NCBI GenBank assembly: GCA_021818925.1
Contig: JAKASU010000001.1
Span: 68,036-132,035 of the forward strand
Origin: Candidatus Micrarchaeota archaeon
GTDB lineage: Archaea; Micrarchaeota; Micrarchaeia; Micrarchaeales; CABMGC01
Direction: 5' to 3'
DNA length: 64,000 nucleotides
Positions 61,399 through 64,000 of the stretch are shown one piece after another (position 1 is the first letter of the stretch; the number at the start of each line of letters is the position of its first letter). The notes beneath the pieces were generated by a model. It was not told the origin of the DNA, ran no database searches, and worked only from the letters and a program-made list of their open reading frames with translations. Made by a program: the position numbers and the translations under genes.

Positions 61399-64000
61399 AT
61401 GGATGTTTCAGGGATGCCAGACAGCCAGCCGCCGCAGCCGGAACCGGAAGCACAGTCCCCCACACCACCTCCAATATCCCCTCCAACACCTCCTCCTACG
61501 CCTCCTCCTTCCCAGCAGCCTTCCCAATACCAAGGGACGTATCCCAGGCAGGGGCTCGGTATCAAGCTGCCGCAGCCAAGGATACTCGTCTCAATCGTGG
61601 CAGTGATAGTGGTCATAGGGCTCTTGGTGGTGTTCGGACCATCGCTGACCTCTCCTTCTTCCACGACGCTTACTACCTCGGTCCAGCCGGTCAACCTTTC
61701 CCGCATAAGCGGATGCGAGACGATAACTCGACCAGGCACCTACTACCTGGTAAGCGACATAAACTACTCGGGCACGCAGGGCTCGTGCATCACAATAGCT
61801 TCGAGCAGGGTCAGGCTGATAGGCAACCTGCACAGGATAGTGGGCAACGGCCCGTACATCGACGTTCCTCCGTTCTCTTATGGAATAGAGATACGCGGCG
61901 CATCAAACGTGAACGTTTCAAGCGTCATTCTCTCCCGTTTCTCGTACGGCATATTCCTCAACGGCTCCAGCAACTCGGTGCTGATAAGCAACAACGTCAC
62001 CAACTCCACACTTTCGGGCATATACCTGTCTGGAGCTAACAACAATACGGTCACACGCAATTACGTGTCGCGCTCGCAAAGTACTCAGGGTGGCATCTAC
62101 GCACGCAGCGGTAGCGGCAACCGCTTCATCAACAACACAATAGCGGGCAACGCCTACTACGGCATAACGGTCAATTCCACTGGCAACAACTTCACCCAGA
62201 ACATATTCTCAGGCAATCCTGCCGACTTCGTGTGCAATTCCACATCTGCGCCGCGCTACTCCAACTCGTTCAGCGGCAGGTGCACCGTCAATGATTACTG
62301 CGGTTTCGCATCGTGCAGCACCAACGTGCCGTTCAATGTATCCACGATAAGGCTCTCGCCCGGACGCGTGAGCTCCTGCGGCTCGATATACGCCCCGGGG
62401 AACTACACGCTCTCCAAGAGCATAAGCACTGCCACGTACCTCAACACGTCCAATCCCCTCGCCAAAGGCGTATCTTGCATACAGATACTCGCGCCCAGCG
62501 TCAACCTCAACTGCGCAAACAGGCAGATCAACAACTCAGGCTACGGCATCTTCATAGGCTCGTCAACGAACGTCAACGTGTCTAACTGCGTGCTCTACAA
62601 CGACAACTACGGGCTGTTCGCCGCAAGCTCCTTCAGCCCCTCTATCAGCAACGTTACCGCGATAAACGACACATATGGCATATTCATAAGCAACACCACC
62701 GGAGGCAGGGTCTCCAATGCCATATTGATAAACAACAACACCTTCGGCCTATACATAAATTCCTCAAGCGGGCTGCTCTTCAACAACATACACGCAGTGA
62801 ACAACACCTACGGCGTTTACGTAAGCAGCGGCGGGAGCAACGTCTTCAACGGCGGCAAGTCCAACAACAACACCAAGTCAGACGTATACTGCAGCGCTGC
62901 AACATACAACTCTACCACGAACCTGGCCCAGAGCTTCGCTTGCGGGCTGACCTCGTGCCAGTGGGCCTCATCATCCTGCTCGCAGACCGTGCTGCCCTCA
63001 TTGGCCGTGTTTCCCGTGACATCCTGCAAGACTATAACGACTCCGGGCAACTACTCGCTAAACCAGAACATACTGACATCAGGCACATGCTTCAGGATCG
63101 CGTCCAACAATGTTGCCTTCAACTGCAACTCCCACTCGATGACCGGAGCATCCTTCGGAAGCGCGTTCCAGCTCTCCGGCAGGAGGAACGTGAGCATATC
63201 CAATTGCGCTGTCTCCAAATTCACGACCGCGGTCAACGCAACCAACTCAACCCAGGTCAGCCTTAACTCGTTCGCTATCAACAACACGTTCCAGGGCGTC
63301 GCGTTCTCTCGCATATCTCAGAGCACAGTGAGCAATGTCAAAGTGTCGACCCAGTCTGGCATCGCGTTCAACTTCACCGACGTCAACACGACGAACATAC
63401 ATAACAACGGCGCGTCAAAGGGCGTCGGGAGCGCCATCGGCTTCCTCTTCTCCGACTCCGACCACAACCAAATCTCGTTCAACAATGCTACCAGCAACCC
63501 TCTCTACGGCTTCAGGTTCGTAAACTCGGAGAACAATACTGTATTCAACAACAGCGCATTCAACAACGTGAAGTACGACTATTCATGCTATGGCACCTCG
63601 GACGGCCTCTACTCGAATCCTGTGAGCGTGAACGAGGGCCTGACAAAGAGCTCCTGCAAATGGCTCGTTGCCCTGAGCCCGCTCATAACCGGACCTTCAT
63701 GCCAGGGCATCTTCACCCCAACCCTCGTCTCGTTCAACCGCGACCTGCTCTACACATCCGGAACGACCTGCTTCAGCATATTCACCACCAAGAACACTAC
63801 AGCCAACGCCACCACCATTGACTGCAACGGCCACATCGCCTACGCCCCGAACGGCGGCACCTTCGCAAGCATAGTCGGCGCGGCTAACGTGAAGGTGCAG
63901 AACTGCCTGCTCTGGAACTTCTCTACCGGTGTGCAGAGCAACGGCCTGGGCACCGTGGTCTACAACAACACCTTCGCCGCGGGGGGCAACGCGGTCGTGC
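61399..64000 (+). CDS. Giant membrane-anchored surface protein made of tandem right-handed beta-helix (PbH1/NosD-like) modules; 3' end beyond the window
   Basis: Absent from the ORF track (open-ended). I translated frame 1 from the ATG at 61399 to 64000 and found no stop (867 codons). It has a Pro-rich N-terminus, one TM helix (ILVSIVAVIVVIGLLVVFG) and at least 4 modules of about 216-225 aa. Confidence 0.85.
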   Translation, partial: MDVSGMPDSQPPQPEPEAQSPTPPPISPPTPPPTPPPSQQPSQYQGTYPRQGLGIKLPQPRILVSIVAVIVVIGLLVVFGPSLTSPSSTTLTTSVQPVNLSRISGCETITRPGTYYLVSDINYSGTQGSCITIASSRVRLIGNLHRIVGNGPYIDVPPFSYGIEIRGASNVNVSSVILSRFSYGIFLNGSSNSVLISNNVTNSTLSGIYLSGANNNTVTRNYVSRSQSTQGGIYARSGSGNRFINNTIAGNAYYGITVNSTGNNFTQNIFSGNPADFVCNSTSAPRYSNSFSGRCTVNDYCGFASCSTNVPFNVSTIRLSPGRVSSCGSIYAPGNYTLSKSISTATYLNTSNPLAKGVSCIQILAPSVNLNCANRQINNSGYGIFIGSSTNVNVSNCVLYNDNYGLFAASSFSPSISNVTAINDTYGIFISNTTGGRVSNAILINNNTFGLYINSSSGLLFNNIHAVNNTYGVYVSSGGSNVFNGGKSNNNTKSDVYCSAATYNSTTNLAQSFACGLTSCQWASSSCSQTVLPSLAVFPVTSCKTITTPGNYSLNQNILTSGTCFRIASNNVAFNCNSHSMTGASFGSAFQLSGRRNVSISNCAVSKFTTAVNATNSTQVSLNSFAINNTFQGVAFSRISQSTVSNVKVSTQSGIAFNFTDVNTTNIHNNGASKGVGSAIGFLFSDSDHNQISFNNATSNPLYGFRFVNSENNTVFNNSAFNNVKYDYSCYGTSDGLYSNPVSVNEGLTKSSCKWLVALSPLITGPSCQGIFTPTLVSFNRDLLYTSGTTCFSIFTTKNTTANATTIDCNGHIAYAPNGGTFASIVGAANVKVQNCLLWNFSTGVQSNGLGTVVYNNTFAAGGNAVV

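Noticed and set aside
1-64000. CRISPR arrays, cas genes, rRNA genes, integrases and recombinases
   Set aside because: None found. The only phased short DNA repeats are the GTTGAnnnAGTC copies at the transposon ends. Neither AT-rich island encodes a tyrosine or serine recombinase.

Overview
This is a compact archaeal chromosome segment. Coding density is very high, many genes overlap by 1-26 nt, and TATA-like boxes sit about 25 nt upstream of many ATGs (leaderless style). Codon usage is rich in AGG/AGA-Arg and ATA-Ile.

Core content:
- A complete A1Ao ATP synthase operon (atpHIKECFABD), preceded by nth and followed by dph6 and a GT-C glycosyltransferase.
- thrS, valS, an ATP-dependent DNA ligase, Hel308 and a DEAD-box helicase.
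- An aIF5A-eS24-eS31 cluster.
- Two abutting ftsZ paralogs plus sepF, so division is FtsZ-based (Euryarchaeota/DPANN-like, not Cdv-type).
- A Cys-rich HTH regulator followed by sufBDCS.
- An RHH-orf-cysD-cysN operon.
- Two of the three AmmeMemoRadiSam components.
- Three tRNAs: Val-UAC, Thr-UGU and Thr-CGU.
- Several N-glycosylation-sequon-rich surface proteins: a DUF4382-like protein, a six-blade propeller, and a giant modular beta-helix protein that runs off the 3' edge.

Two AT-rich accessory insertions stand out:
1. 23730-28421 is a 4.7-kb element. It has perfect 18-bp terminal inverted repeats and a 9-bp target-site duplication. It carries a SWIM+DDE transposase together with a type II restriction-modification pair and two small ORFs, so it looks like a cargo transposon that moves a defence module.
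2. About 2816-4727 is a 1.9-kb islet next to tRNA-Val. It is bounded by an 11-nt direct repeat of the tRNA 3' end. It carries a HEPN/MNT toxin-antitoxin pair whose MNT is fused to a winged-helix domain, plus an orphan gene.

I saw no rRNA gene and no CRISPR array. Start codons are my best guesses from the sequence. All functional calls rest on motif recognition by eye, not on database searches.
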